From NCBI GenBank assembly GCA_965209205.1, contig CBDBQC010000002.1, positions 193,753 to 257,752 of the forward strand: DNA of 64,000 nucleotides, given 5' to 3'. This document shows positions 63,593-64,000 of the stretch, one piece after another. A program made the translations under genes and the position numbers. The stretch comes from Dehalococcoidia bacterium (GTDB lineage: Bacteria; Chloroflexota; Dehalococcoidia; Bin125). Positions within the stretch are counted from its first letter, which is position 1; each line of letters starts with the position of its first letter. The notes under the pieces are model-generated. The model made no database searches, was not told the origin of the DNA, and saw only the letters and a list, made by a program, of their open reading frames with translations.

Positions 63593-64000
63593 CTAGGTCC
63601 CCACGACCGACCGCACCTGCTCGCGGGCCAGGGCGATGTCATCACTGGCCGCCCGGATCAGGCCGCGGAAGTCGATGCTGACGGTGATCATCTGGAAGCC
63701 GGCGCTGGCGTGCTTCGCGGCGAGCGTGGCGTCGGCGTGGATGCCGGCGACGACGCCGTGCGCCTTGCACGCCCGCGCGACCGCCTGGCGCGCCTCTTCG
63801 AACGCGCCCCCGTTGTCGAGGCCCGGCGGCAGGCCCAGCGTGATCGACAGGTCGGCCGGACCGATGTAGACCGCGTCGACGCCTTCGACGCCCAGGATCT
63901 CGTCGAGGTTTTCCACGGCCTCCTTCGTCTCGACCATGGGGATGCAGGCGATCTCGTCGTTGGCGCGCGCGCCGTAGTCGGCGCCCGCGCTGACCGAGAT
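63593..64000 (-). CDS. HpcH/HpaI-family aldolase (2-keto-3-deoxy-sugar-acid aldolase type); 5' end outside window
   Basis: ORF 63593..63937 extends open to the window edge (..NDEIACIPMVETKEAVENLDEILGVEGVDAVYIGPADLSITLG..). This is the characteristic ET...GxD..fIGp.DLs pattern. Confidence 0.8.
   Translation of the reverse strand: MSVSAGADYGARANDEIACIPMVETKEAVENLDEILGVEGVDAVYIGPADLSITLGLPPGLDNGGAFEEARQAVARACKAHGVVAGIHADATLAAKHASAGFQMITVSIDFRGLIRAASDDIALAREQVRSVVGT

Noticed and set aside
1-64000. A search by eye for tRNA or rRNA genes, transposases, integrases, phage genes, toxin-antitoxin pairs and known defence systems.
   Set aside because: I found no T-loop-type GGTTCGAATCC or similar signatures, no rRNA-like low-coding stretches, and no ORF with recombinase, transposase or defence-domain hallmarks. 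The absence is by inspection only and should be confirmed with tRNAscan-SE, Infernal, ISfinder and DefenseFinder.

Overview
Very GC-rich bacterial chromosomal segment (roughly 70% G+C by eye). It is densely coding, with about 58 supportable genes, short intergenic gaps and several ATGA/TGATG start-stop overlaps. I found no rRNA, tRNA, CRISPR array, transposase, integrase or phage gene by eye, and no obvious transcription factor or ABC ATPase.

The content is a paralogue-rich catabolic and transport region:
- three Opp/Dpp-type (PepT family) ABC importer gene sets, comprising 5 permeases and 4 family-5 solute-binding lipoproteins
- 4 enolase-superfamily enzymes
- 3 PhyH-type dioxygenases
- 3 family III CoA-transferases
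- 5 zinc alcohol dehydrogenases, one of them frameshifted
- 4 SDR dehydrogenases plus one NAD-dependent epimerase/dehydratase
- 5 alpha/beta-fold hydrolases (counting the dienelactone hydrolase)
- 2 luciferase-like monooxygenases
- 2 tandem MFS exporters
- glycerol kinase

Many long ORFs in the supplied track are high-GC artefacts (antisense or out-of-frame, Arg/Pro/Gly-rich) and were not called.

Predicted F420-type enzymes, Tat-lipobox signals and a CCCCTCTCC/GGAGAGGGG palindromic element suggest a Chloroflexota (Thermomicrobia-like) or actinobacterial host. This cannot be settled from the window.

Items most worth a second look:
1. An OsmC/Ohr-family gene whose only interruption is a TGA exactly at the peroxidatic Cys position, making it a selenocysteine candidate.
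2. A LarA-like (nickel-pincer racemase family) gene embedded in a sugar-acid cluster and translationally coupled to a Nik/Dpp-type permease.
3. A 995-aa secreted protein built from three metallopeptidase-like modules, of which only the first keeps HExxH.
4. Lipoproteins carrying 50 to ~230-aa acidic poly-Ala tethers behind a conserved Tat-lipobox-polyAsp signal.
5. A flavin-halogenase-like, LLM and hydrolase operon.
6. Two tandem gene duplications with readable junction scars.
7. A 17-nt homopolymer next to a perfect TTGACA and two DnaA-box-like repeats in an AT-rich intergenic island.
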